In this document: piece by piece, positions 36,894 through 46,060 of the stretch
How the letters are laid out: each line of letters opens with the position of its first letter
Numbering within the stretch: the stretch's first letter is position 1
IMG/VR virus record: IMGVR_UViG_3300047476_002078
Coordinates: 186,001-250,000 of that record
Length of the DNA stretch: 64,000 nucleotides
Direction: 5' to 3' (one strand)
Program-made: the position numbers and the translations under genes
Notes under the pieces: generated by a model
The model's input: only the letters and a program-made list of their open reading frames with translations
The model's database searches: none
Told to the model about the DNA's origin: nothing

Positions 36894-38042
36894 CTAACCT
36901 GTGACGAGTTTCTTAATATCTTTGAGAATGAAATCCTTTGTTTGATTTAAAGATGAATTGTTTACTTGATAAGTTTTTGCTATTTCTTTGTTAGTTTTTC
37001 CGTTCAACATCATTCTAAATAATTTATATGTAACGTCTGACTGAGTATTCAAAAAGTATTTTCCTTCCACCATTTCAAAAAGCTCTGAATGATTTTCTTG
37101 AAAATAAGAAATTATAAACCAAGTTAAATTTTCAATTTGATCGAATACTAAGTGAGATTTAAAATTAGTTTGATAGACGTAAGGTTTCCCTTTTTTATAT
37201 CTCATAACAACTCTGTGTACAAAACCGTTAGATTCTAGCTCTGTAAGTATTTCATCTATCTTTTCAGAAGAATAATCTAAAACAGTTTTACATTCCATTA
37301 GCGTAGGCTGACAGTTTGATATGAAATTAAAAACGTCAGAAGCTTCGTAAGAGAGTTTGCTAAAATCTAAAATTCTTTTTTTAACCCCTGCTACATTTTC
37401 CCACAAGTTATTATTTTCCGAAGTTTCAATCGAACCTTTTTTAAACTTTTCCCAAATATCATACTTAATTTGATCTTTCTTTGGATGATAAGGATTAGAT
37501 TGAAAAGCTACTTTTTTGTCTTCTATAAAATTGCATATTTCTTTTGTACTTCTCGGTGTTTCAAAAAACTCCCATAGAGCACTATATATGGTTCCTTTTT
37601 TATAAGGATTATGAATTTTTAGATTTTTCTTTTTATGCTCTAAATGCTCTTTTATTTTTTCATCTACATCTAAAATTTCTAGTTTGTCTGAAAACGTGAA
37701 ATCAGAGTTGAAGTCTTTAATGTCAAGAATGGTTGTACCACTGTCTTCAAACATAGGAACATCAAGGCTGAGTGCGTGAGTTACCAACTCTTTATCTTCT
37801 TTAACTTTCTTACCTTTTAAGAACTTAAACAAATATGTGTAGAGATAGGTACTAAATTGAGCTTTTGTTGAATCATAAGTTTCAAAAAATTTCTTTTCTA
37901 ACAGATGTGCGTAAACATCGTTTTTAATCTCTGGTAACTCTTCAACTTTTATGTAGTTTTTGAAAGACCTACATAATATTCTTTCCAAGTCTTTATCATA
38001 TTTTTGGACAAATTCATCCAAAGTTTTACAAGGTCGTAGCAT
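36894..38042 (-). CDS. Sigma70-family factor with inserted winged-helix domains
   Basis: Region 2-like FFETYDSTKAQFSTYLY, region 3.2-like LSLDVPMFED, C-terminal HTH GKTNKEIAKTYQV; central insert with TrmB-like LSYEASDVF...LTELESNGFV.R..GKP..Y. Confidence 0.65.
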   Translation of the reverse strand: MLRPCKTLDEFVQKYDKDLERILCRSFKNYIKVEELPEIKNDVYAHLLEKKFFETYDSTKAQFSTYLYTYLFKFLKGKKVKEDKELVTHALSLDVPMFEDSGTTILDIKDFNSDFTFSDKLEILDVDEKIKEHLEHKKKNLKIHNPYKKGTIYSALWEFFETPRSTKEICNFIEDKKVAFQSNPYHPKKDQIKYDIWEKFKKGSIETSENNNLWENVAGVKKRILDFSKLSYEASDVFNFISNCQPTLMECKTVLDYSSEKIDEILTELESNGFVHRVVMRYKKGKPYVYQTNFKSHLVFDQIENLTWFIISYFQENHSELFEMVEGKYFLNTQSDVTYKLFRMMLNGKTNKEIAKTYQVNNSSLNQTKDFILKDIKKLVTG

Positions 38043-38063
38043 CCGTGCCTCCCTAATGTTATT

Positions 38064-40847
38064 TTAAATATTCAAATAATCTGCCAGAGTATCAAACCTG
38101 TTAGCGTCTAAATCATTACCTTGAGCAATGATTTGCTGTTGCATTGTTATTTTGTAAGGGTTCGTTCCTTTACACATTTTTATCAATGCTTCTATTTGGT
38201 ACATTTTTTGTTCTGTGATAAAAGAACTTTTCATTTTGTACTCATAGCTCATCCAAGCTGTAGGCTTTTTTCTTATTTCATTTTGTATTTCTTTTCCTAC
38301 AACTTTTAAAGAATTCAAATTTTTAATATATTCTGATATTCCAACTAAAAAAGCTTTTTCAGGGTCTTTAGTACAATAGTTTTTAAAAGATTCAATGGCA
38401 TTTTTTAAAGAGTTCTCATCAAAATTATCCATCGCTATTATTTCGTGTTCAGGCAATAAATCTACATGTTCTTGAGGAATAGTATGTTGATCTTCTGTCA
38501 ACATTTCTACAGCTTTAGCAGCATTTTCGGAATTTAAAGATTCAACATCAAAAAAGTCATCGTTGATTGTTTCTTCTTTAGGAACACTAAGTTGTTCCAT
38601 TTTTTGTTCTATTTTTTCTGTGACTGGAGTTGGGTCTTCCCCAACAGGTTTTAAAGTTTTTGGGTCTAAAGACATAGCGAGTGCTTTTACTAATCTAAGG
38701 TTATCGTTAAGCTTTTCTAATAAATGAGGATTTTTTTGAAAATATTCATATTCAACGTCCCAATTATCTCCTACTTCGCAATCCATTGAAAGAGGAACCG
38801 CCCATTTTAAAACCCCTTGAAGAATAGTGTCCATGGACATTAAATTCATCAACTCCGGAATATGGACATCCATTTTATCTTCTTTGATCTCAAAAACTAA
38901 TTCATCGTGAACCGTAATGAGCATACGAACTTCATCATTAGACTTTGCTATGTATTCATTTGTGCGAACCATAGCCATTTTCATAATATCTCCACCTGCA
39001 CCTTGAATTGGAGTATTAATCGCTAACCTTTCAGACTCGGCTCTTTCTCTATTTATTTCTGATTTAATCATAGGAAGAGGTCTTCTTCTTCCTAATGGGG
39101 TGGAAGCGTACATGTTTTTATGAGCTTTTTTCTTGGTAGTATCCATCCACCTTTTTAAATCGCCAAGACCGCCAATCATTCGTTGTTGAAACTCTTTTGC
39201 CTCTTCAAAACTAGATTTAATTTTTCTTGAAATAGCAGAAGGACCTCCACCATAAAGGGTTTGGAAGTTAATTGCTTTTGAGGCATCCCGTTGATGCCCA
39301 TCTGGATTTTGAGTCTTAAATACAATTTTTGCTGTTTCTGTGTGAAGGTCGCCTGTGCCTTCTAAGAACTCTTTAATCCATATTTTTTCTTGAGAGACGT
39401 TAGCCGCCACCCTAAGCTCTTGTCCTGAATAGTCAATTGCGGCTAATTTATATCCGGGTCTGGCTCTAATACACGATCTGAGAAAGAAACCTGAGCCTTT
39501 CTTTTTTACTAATTCTAGGATTGGAATCGGATTTCCATTCTTGTCATATTTGTCTTTCTTTTTGAGAGGTTTGGTCAAAGCTTGAATGTTGACCCCGGAG
39601 TAACCTTCGTGAGCCTCTCCACCTTGGGACGCAAATCTGCCTGTTTCCACTCTCCAAGGAACAAACTTAAATTTAACTTCATTAAACTCGTCAGCCCTTG
39701 TTAAAAAATTATCAAGGTATGTGCCAACCGTTTTATTTATATCACGTAAGGTAAGAATTATATCTATCAAAGGGCATGTATCTATAAAAGGTTTTAGAGC
39801 CTCTTCGCCAGTCTCTATCTTCTTTTCACCCTTTTCTATAATGTAATTACCCTTGTCATCTTTAGCATAAATATCAAGATTGAAAGGAGGGCTAGTTAAA
39901 ATTTTTCCTACTTGAGCAGGAGAGGCGAGATTGGCAGAATACCCAAGAATTTTTGCAGCTTCATCTTGCAGTTCTAATTTTAATCCTAATAGGATGGATT
40001 TAAACTCTTTAATTTTTTCAATATCAATTAAGCATTTGTTTCTTTCCATTTGCCTAATAGCAAAAGTACAGCGTCTTTCTAGGTAGTAAATAAAAGCTTG
40101 TTCGTCAGCAACATGTTTTAATTTTTGATATAAATGATAAGTACATATAGCATCGGAAGCGGCGTACACAGTAGTCTTCTCATCATTGATAGGGTCTAAA
40201 GTGTAAAATTTAATATCTTTTTTGGTTTGAAAGATGTCAGTCAATTCCAACATTTTCATACCTAATAAACTTTCAGATAAAGCTTTTAGACCTTTTGATT
40301 TTAAAGAAGAATCCCACAAGTAAGCTAAACAGAAAGTATCATGAAACATTAGCTCTTTTATTTGCAATCTCTTATTGCTATCCACAGGAACCATTTTGTG
40401 TTCCTCTGGCTTTTTTACTTCTGGTATCTGAAAATTATTAGCGTGTAGTATTTCGTGATCGTATAGAGAGTTATGATAAATTGTTACACAACCATCCAGT
40501 ATTTTTTGTATTTCAATTTTAGCTAAGTCGTAATCAATATTAAGTTCAGATAATCTATGAAAAACTCCCTCATCTTCATAACCGTGATTTACTGGAACAT
40601 AATATCCAGTTTCCCCGTCAAAGCATAAAGCGTAGCCTGCGATAAATGTGTTGCATTTACCATTATAAACACGGGAATCAAGACCTGAAGTTTCCAAGTC
40701 AAGAACACACATGCCTGCTTTAATAGCCTTGTCTGCGATCTCTCTAAGTTGATGAATATCTTTTACACATATAAAAGATTTTTCCTTCATCCAAGGAAAT
40801 CTGTCAAAAAGTGAAACGCCTGTAATTTCTTCATCTGATAATAGCAT
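38064..40847 (-). CDS. polA: Family A DNA polymerase (3'-5' exonuclease plus polymerase) with ~230-aa C-terminal extension
   Basis: ExoI DLETSG, ExoII HNSLYD, ExoIII YAASDA; motif A DYSGQELR, motif B R..SKAINF..LYG, motif C TVHDELVF. No 5'-3' exonuclease domain. Confidence 0.95.
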   Translation of the reverse strand: MLLSDEEITGVSLFDRFPWMKEKSFICVKDIHQLREIADKAIKAGMCVLDLETSGLDSRVYNGKCNTFIAGYALCFDGETGYYVPVNHGYEDEGVFHRLSELNIDYDLAKIEIQKILDGCVTIYHNSLYDHEILHANNFQIPEVKKPEEHKMVPVDSNKRLQIKELMFHDTFCLAYLWDSSLKSKGLKALSESLLGMKMLELTDIFQTKKDIKFYTLDPINDEKTTVYAASDAICTYHLYQKLKHVADEQAFIYYLERRCTFAIRQMERNKCLIDIEKIKEFKSILLGLKLELQDEAAKILGYSANLASPAQVGKILTSPPFNLDIYAKDDKGNYIIEKGEKKIETGEEALKPFIDTCPLIDIILTLRDINKTVGTYLDNFLTRADEFNEVKFKFVPWRVETGRFASQGGEAHEGYSGVNIQALTKPLKKKDKYDKNGNPIPILELVKKKGSGFFLRSCIRARPGYKLAAIDYSGQELRVAANVSQEKIWIKEFLEGTGDLHTETAKIVFKTQNPDGHQRDASKAINFQTLYGGGPSAISRKIKSSFEEAKEFQQRMIGGLGDLKRWMDTTKKKAHKNMYASTPLGRRRPLPMIKSEINRERAESERLAINTPIQGAGGDIMKMAMVRTNEYIAKSNDEVRMLITVHDELVFEIKEDKMDVHIPELMNLMSMDTILQGVLKWAVPLSMDCEVGDNWDVEYEYFQKNPHLLEKLNDNLRLVKALAMSLDPKTLKPVGEDPTPVTEKIEQKMEQLSVPKEETINDDFFDVESLNSENAAKAVEMLTEDQHTIPQEHVDLLPEHEIIAMDNFDENSLKNAIESFKNYCTKDPEKAFLVGISEYIKNLNSLKVVGKEIQNEIRKKPTAWMSYEYKMKSSFITEQKMYQIEALIKMCKGTNPYKITMQQQIIAQGNDLDANRFDTLADYLNI

Positions 40848-40863
40848 TTAAAAAGAATATGAA

Positions 40864-40874
40864 ATTACGGTAAA
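40864..40874. promoter_or_regulatory. ATTAC-G-GTAAA palindrome variant upstream of polA
   Basis: Lies in the 39-bp intergenic gap; one mismatch to TTTACSGTAAA. Confidence 0.35.
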
Positions 40875-40886
40875 AAAAGCAAGAAC

Positions 40887-41612
40887 TCAAAATGCCATAA
40901 AAATAAACGCACCGTTTCTTTTATTCTTTTCATCCATGCGACTAAACAAACAGTCCTGTTCATTAAAGTACATAATTGGAGATTTATTTGGTGTGGCATA
41001 AAGAACATTGAAAGATAATAAGAACTGTTTACCGTAACATTTAAAGATCGGAGATTGTAACGGTATTTTCAAAAAACCTTTTTCATAATTTTCAGATAAA
41101 GATACTTTCCCAACACGTAAAAGTTTTTGGCTTAAAGTATCATAAAGATTATAAGACAGTATCGCATTGTGTCTTAGAGCGTCTTCAGTTTTTATCTTTA
41201 TTTTTATCTCTTCTAAAGTGGGTTTAAAGTAATCGAAAACTTGACCGAATTTTTTATCTTTAGTAAGAAGGTATTCTAATTCTCCATGAGGCTGGTAACA
41301 TCCTAAAATTGATGGGATGTCGGGGGTTTTATTCCAAAATTCTTCAATCAAACGGTATGCTTGTGTGAGAGGGTCTGGAAATTCGTTTATAAATTTGTAT
41401 TTATTGGTATCTTTGTTCAAAAGTATCTTATCACAAAAATATTTCTCAGCTTGGTCAAAACCGTCAGGAAGTAGTAAGCAAAAGTCGTATAAAGAGCTAT
41501 CTAAAAAATCTTTATAGAAATACTGTTTGGTGATAACACGACTTTTTAAGTTCAAGTAAATTGGATGGTTTTCATATTCACGTTTAAAATAAACGAAAGC
41601 TAATTTAATCAT
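40887..41612 (-). CDS. Hypothetical protein
   Basis: 241-aa ORF between the GT cluster and polA. Confidence 0.55.
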   Translation of the reverse strand: MIKLAFVYFKREYENHPIYLNLKSRVITKQYFYKDFLDSSLYDFCLLLPDGFDQAEKYFCDKILLNKDTNKYKFINEFPDPLTQAYRLIEEFWNKTPDIPSILGCYQPHGELEYLLTKDKKFGQVFDYFKPTLEEIKIKIKTEDALRHNAILSYNLYDTLSQKLLRVGKVSLSENYEKGFLKIPLQSPIFKCYGKQFLLSFNVLYATPNKSPIMYFNEQDCLFSRMDEKNKRNGAFIFMAF

Positions 41613-42399
41613 TTAAAACCTCTATCCAATCTACTGCTCTATTGTAGTTCAAATGATTTTTTAAAACGTAATCTCTAGTTATTTGAGAAATATATTCAAA
41701 AGATTCTGGAGATACCTTATAAAACTCTAAGAAGTCTTCTAATTCATTGTGTTTAGAAGGTCTAAAAAATTCTTTATAACTTAAAGGTATGTCGAACTGA
41801 CTGTATATTTTTTCAAATTCGTTTTCTATTTCTGGAGTGCTTAATGAAATAACAGGTATTTTTCTAACCCAAGCTTCAAAAAGTGCTTTTAAGTTTGTCG
41901 CAAGTACAAAATCCGCTTTATATTCATAAGTAAATTCAAAATTTAAGTTTAATTCTTTGGCATCTTCTAACGAATCGGTACATACAAAAATTTTTTTACC
42001 TTTTAAAAATTTTTTACAATCTTGGAGAAGTTTAACATCTTCTTTAAAACCTACCCACAAGCAAGTATTTAACTCTAAATTTTTTGATTTTCTAGGAACT
42101 CTGTAATCAACTCCATAATTAAAATTACGTTGATTTTTAAAAGTTTTAATATACTTTTCTGATAGACCGTCTATGAAAATTTTGTTTGTTTTTTGCCTAA
42201 GTATCAAATCAATATTTTTATCAATTAGATCAGAGGATATTACTAGATGGGAATAATTACCAAAAGGTATAAAAGACTCTGCTGAAACACCTTCAAAGGT
42301 ATTTAAAATTTGGACAAGGCTACTGAGACGTTGGTAGCTTTTAGACATTTTTTCAGATTCAAACCAAATACCTATTTTCATTCTAATAATTTTGACCAC
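41605..42399 (-). CDS. Divergent GT-B-like glycosyltransferase
   Basis: ADFVL...EAWVRKIPVISL and YVLKNH...RA..W resemble the GT-B C-terminal domain; inside the sugar cluster. Confidence 0.5.
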   Translation of the reverse strand: MVKIIRMKIGIWFESEKMSKSYQRLSSLVQILNTFEGVSAESFIPFGNYSHLVISSDLIDKNIDLILRQKTNKIFIDGLSEKYIKTFKNQRNFNYGVDYRVPRKSKNLELNTCLWVGFKEDVKLLQDCKKFLKGKKIFVCTDSLEDAKELNLNFEFTYEYKADFVLATNLKALFEAWVRKIPVISLSTPEIENEFEKIYSQFDIPLSYKEFFRPSKHNELEDFLEFYKVSPESFEYISQITRDYVLKNHLNYNRAVDWIEVLND

Positions 42400-43394
42400 T
42401 TTTCATAAAACTTGTTCGTTGAAAATTTTTTCAACATGGTTTTTCTAGCGTTATAACCCATTTCGATAGCACGTTCAGGATTTGCAAGAAGATATATTGC
42501 ATAGTTTCTGAGTTCATATACATTGTTGCTGTAAAAACCATTATAACCGTTTTTAATTACCTTAGATTCACCAAAATAATTTGTGGTAACAGGCACACTT
42601 CCTAAAAGCATCGACTCATATAAGTTATGATGCCAAGGTTCTCTGACATGAGTATTTAAGTAACAACTGTATTGACCTATGAAATCCAAATAATCATAAA
42701 AATTTATGATAGATTTCTCATTTGAATTTTCTTCAATTGAAGGGGGAGTTATTTCTTTTGCTATCCCTATTGGGTCTTTTCCTATAACTTCCACGCCTAA
42801 ACCTAAGCAAACTTTGTCGAATATTTTATATCCAGAGTATTGAGGATTCGTTGCCAAGAAAGGAGAAACGCTTACAAATTTACTCTTAGTTTTTGGAACA
42901 TAAGGATAATGTTGATAAGATAAGGTGGGTTCTATTATCAAAGAATTTTTGAAATTCCATTTACTTTGGGCTTCAAAGTTTGGAAATATAACCAAATCAT
43001 CTTGAATAAAATCTTCTAACTCTTTTTTTGCTTCTTGGTCTATTTTTAAATTATCTTCAAAATAAAAATCTGGCTCAAATCTTCCTTCAAGAGCAGGAAC
43101 GCCGTGGCATACAAAAACTTTTTTAATAGGGATTTTTGCTAATTTTCTAAAAACTTCTCCAAAATCACTTCTAACATTTTTTCCGGGATTTAAAACCATT
43201 TCGTTAAAATGAAGAACAAAAGCTTTATAGTTTTTAAGATCAATGTCTTCTATTTTTACAACTTTACAATTTTCGGAAAAAGGTCGAGCAGAATGGTTCC
43301 AAGGAAAAACATTAGGAAGATCAAGGTAATGGAATTGCCCTATTTTGTTTAACTCATATTGATAAATCACGTTCCATCGGTAAGTTAAATACAT
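42378..43394 (-). CDS. Glycosyltransferase family 4-like
   Basis: YESMLLGSVPVTT, IKNGYNGF, MGYNARK...KFS..F.EKW. Confidence 0.85.
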   Translation of the reverse strand: MYLTYRWNVIYQYELNKIGQFHYLDLPNVFPWNHSARPFSENCKVVKIEDIDLKNYKAFVLHFNEMVLNPGKNVRSDFGEVFRKLAKIPIKKVFVCHGVPALEGRFEPDFYFEDNLKIDQEAKKELEDFIQDDLVIFPNFEAQSKWNFKNSLIIEPTLSYQHYPYVPKTKSKFVSVSPFLATNPQYSGYKIFDKVCLGLGVEVIGKDPIGIAKEITPPSIEENSNEKSIINFYDYLDFIGQYSCYLNTHVREPWHHNLYESMLLGSVPVTTNYFGESKVIKNGYNGFYSNNVYELRNYAIYLLANPERAIEMGYNARKTMLKKFSTNKFYEKWSKLLE

Positions 43395-44227
43395 TTTCCC
43401 AAGTAGCTTGCTAGATGTTCATCCCATGAATACATCGGAGCTTGCTCTTTCTCCATTTTTGTTACATCAAGAACTCCGAACTTAGGTCTTTTCGCAGGTC
43501 TTGGAAACTCTTCTGAGTTACAAGGAATAACTTCTACTTTTTTGTTTTTAAGAATCTCTTTAGCAAAATCATACCAAGAACAGTAATCTGAAGCCCCTAA
43601 ATGAAAGCACCCTTTAGCATTGTTTGTTACTAAATAATGAATCGCCTTTGAAAGTAAAAACGTGCTTGTAGGTCTTCCAAACTGATCGTTTACTACTTTT
43701 ATTACTTTATTTTTTTCTGCAATTTTTAACATAGTATCAACAAAATTAGGTCCGTTTATTCCAAAGAGCCACTGAACTCTTAAAAGTAAATAATCTAGCC
43801 CTTGCTCGTTTTCTAAAGCAAGTTCACCCAAAAATTTTGAATGACCATAATGATTTATTGGCGATCTCTCGTCATTTTCCTTGTAGAAAGAAATAGAGTT
43901 GCCGTCAAACACGTAGTCTGTACTAAAATGAACGAACTTAGCTTTTATTAAATTACTATACTTTGCTAAGTAATGAACCGCAGTTGAATTTACTTTGTAA
44001 CAAGTAGGGTCTATTTCACAGTTATCTACTTTAGTGAAGGCAGCACAATTCACTACAATGTTTGGTCTAATTTGTAGTAAAGCTGTTTCAACTTCTTTTT
44101 TATTTGTAATGTCTAGCTGACTTTTATCAAAAGCATATACGTTAGCATCTCCAAATAAAGGGATTAAATCCCTTGCTAACATTCCGTTTGAACCTGTAAA
44201 AAGAATTCTTGTCTTGTTCATTTCCAC
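43385..44227 (-). CDS. rmlD: dTDP-4-dehydrorhamnose reductase
   Basis: GSNGML, VVNCAAFTKVD, STDYVFDG, YGHSK (YxxxK), V.DQFGRPT, RPAKRP...LD. Confidence 0.93.
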   Translation of the reverse strand: MEMNKTRILFTGSNGMLARDLIPLFGDANVYAFDKSQLDITNKKEVETALLQIRPNIVVNCAAFTKVDNCEIDPTCYKVNSTAVHYLAKYSNLIKAKFVHFSTDYVFDGNSISFYKENDERSPINHYGHSKFLGELALENEQGLDYLLLRVQWLFGINGPNFVDTMLKIAEKNKVIKVVNDQFGRPTSTFLLSKAIHYLVTNNAKGCFHLGASDYCSWYDFAKEILKNKKVEVIPCNSEEFPRPAKRPKFGVLDVTKMEKEQAPMYSWDEHLASYLGKCI

Positions 44228-45180
44228 ACAGCCTTATAATTTTCTTCTAACCAAATCCAATTTTCTTTGTACCATTTAACGGTTTTTTCAAGACCTGTTC
44301 GGATGTCAACTTGTGGTTCCCATCCAAGTTTTTTAATTTTCGAGCAGTCCACACTGTATCTAAAGTCATGCCCTTTTCGGTCTTCTACAAAGTTTATCGA
44401 ATACGATTTATTTAAAATACCGCCCAAAATGCTGATAATGGATAGATTTGATTTTTCATTTTCAGAACCTACATTGTAGGTTTCCCCAATAATGCCTTTT
44501 TCGGCTACTACTCTAACTGCTCTTGCAGCGTCTTCTACAAACAACCACTCTCTAATATTTTGCCCTGTACCGTAGATAGGCAAGTCTTTTTCTGTTTCTA
44601 TTAAATACATCATTCGTGGTAATAATTTTTCTGGTAATTGTCGAGGACCGTAGCAATTAGATGGGCATATATTAACTACAGGTAGATCAAATGTTTCTTT
44701 AAATGCGTTAGCGAAGAGAAGCTGAGAAGCTTTTGAAGCTGAGTAGATATTCCTCGGATTAATTGGGGTATCTTCAGTAAAACTTGAATCTTCTCTTTTA
44801 AGATGACCGTAAACTTCATCGGTTCCAAAATTAACAATTTTCGGCACTTTATATTGAAGGCATACTTGAAATAGATTAGCAGAGCCTAGAATATTAGTCA
44901 TAATAAAGTCTTCGTAACCTTTAATTGATTTATCAACTGAAGATTCTGCGGCAGCGTGAATTACTAAATCAAAACACCCATGCTCAACGAAAACATCTTT
45001 TATATCTTCTATATTTTTTAAATTTCCTTGAAAGAAAGTACAATCTACTTCATTCAAATGTTGTTTAAAACCGCTATACTCTAGGCTATCAAAAACTACT
45101 GTTTTGTATCCAGCATTTACAAACTCTCGAACTACTTGAGAGCCTATAAATCCACACCCTCCTGTTATAAGAACCTTCAT
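44218..45180 (-). CDS. rmlB: dTDP-glucose 4,6-dehydratase
   Basis: GGCGFIG, HAAAESSVD.SI, GTDEVYG, YSASK, SNCYGPRQ.PEKL, REWLFVED, DRKGHD.RY. Confidence 0.93.
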   Translation of the reverse strand: MKVLITGGCGFIGSQVVREFVNAGYKTVVFDSLEYSGFKQHLNEVDCTFFQGNLKNIEDIKDVFVEHGCFDLVIHAAAESSVDKSIKGYEDFIMTNILGSANLFQVCLQYKVPKIVNFGTDEVYGHLKREDSSFTEDTPINPRNIYSASKASQLLFANAFKETFDLPVVNICPSNCYGPRQLPEKLLPRMMYLIETEKDLPIYGTGQNIREWLFVEDAARAVRVVAEKGIIGETYNVGSENEKSNLSIISILGGILNKSYSINFVEDRKGHDFRYSVDCSKIKKLGWEPQVDIRTGLEKTVKWYKENWIWLEENYKAVWK

Positions 45181-46044
45181 TTATACTCTCCACTTATCTA
45201 ATTTTTTTATGTGTTTTTTTAATTCATCTTTTATTTCTTCAGAATTTTTTTCGATTAGTCCTTCAGCTTTTGTTTTTGAAAAAGGTAATGCTAAGTCTAA
45301 CGAAAAGTGTTTATCAAAACGCTCTTTGTATTTATCTTTATTAGCGTGAATAAAATTAGCCCCATTAAGAAGTGTTTCAGGCGAGCCTAAATCTGTCCAG
45401 TATCCTTTTAAAAGACCCCAATTAAGATTTTGCTGATCGTGATAATGCTGAATAATGTCAGTAACTTCTAGTTCCCCTCTATTTGAAGGTTTCAAAGTCT
45501 TGATAATATCAAAAACATCTTTATCGAAAATATAAGCTCCTACAATTGCTAAATTAGATTCTGGATTTTTTGGTTTTTCTACAATTTTTGTAATTTTACC
45601 ATCAACAACAGTTGCCACGCCGTAAGCGGAAGGGTCTGTGACTTCTTTTAGAAGAACCTTTCCTCCGCCTTTATAATCTTTAACGAAATCAGTTAAATCA
45701 TCTTCAAATAAGTTATCCCCAAGAATGACACATACAGGTTTACCTTCAGCGAAAGGTTTAGCACATCTTAGGGCATCACCGATTCCACCTTCACCATACT
45801 GTCGAGCATAGTTTAGAGATTTAAGACCAAATTCACGACCATTTCCTAGATAATCCATAGTGTCTCCACTATGTCTTCCTCCAGTAACAATAACCACTTC
45901 ATCAATCCCTGCTTCCACTAAACTTAGAAGAGGATAGTCCATCATAGGTCGGTTATAAACATAACATAAATGCTTGTTTGTTATTCTATGAGTGTAGTAA
46001 CCCATTCTTGTTCCTAATCCACCAGATAAAATAACACCTATCAT
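45181..46044 (-). CDS. rmlA: Glucose-1-phosphate thymidylyltransferase
   Basis: ILSGGLGTR, TNKH..VY.RPM, Q...GGI.DA, ILGDN.F, EKP..P.SNLA..G.Y, PS.RGELE.TD, W.DLG. Confidence 0.93.
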   Translation of the reverse strand: MIGVILSGGLGTRMGYYTHRITNKHLCYVYNRPMMDYPLLSLVEAGIDEVVIVTGGRHSGDTMDYLGNGREFGLKSLNYARQYGEGGIGDALRCAKPFAEGKPVCVILGDNLFEDDLTDFVKDYKGGGKVLLKEVTDPSAYGVATVVDGKITKIVEKPKNPESNLAIVGAYIFDKDVFDIIKTLKPSNRGELEVTDIIQHYHDQQNLNWGLLKGYWTDLGSPETLLNGANFIHANKDKYKERFDKHFSLDLALPFSKTKAEGLIEKNSEEIKDELKKHIKKLDKWRV

Positions 46045-46060
46045 AAAAATCCTCCGTAAA

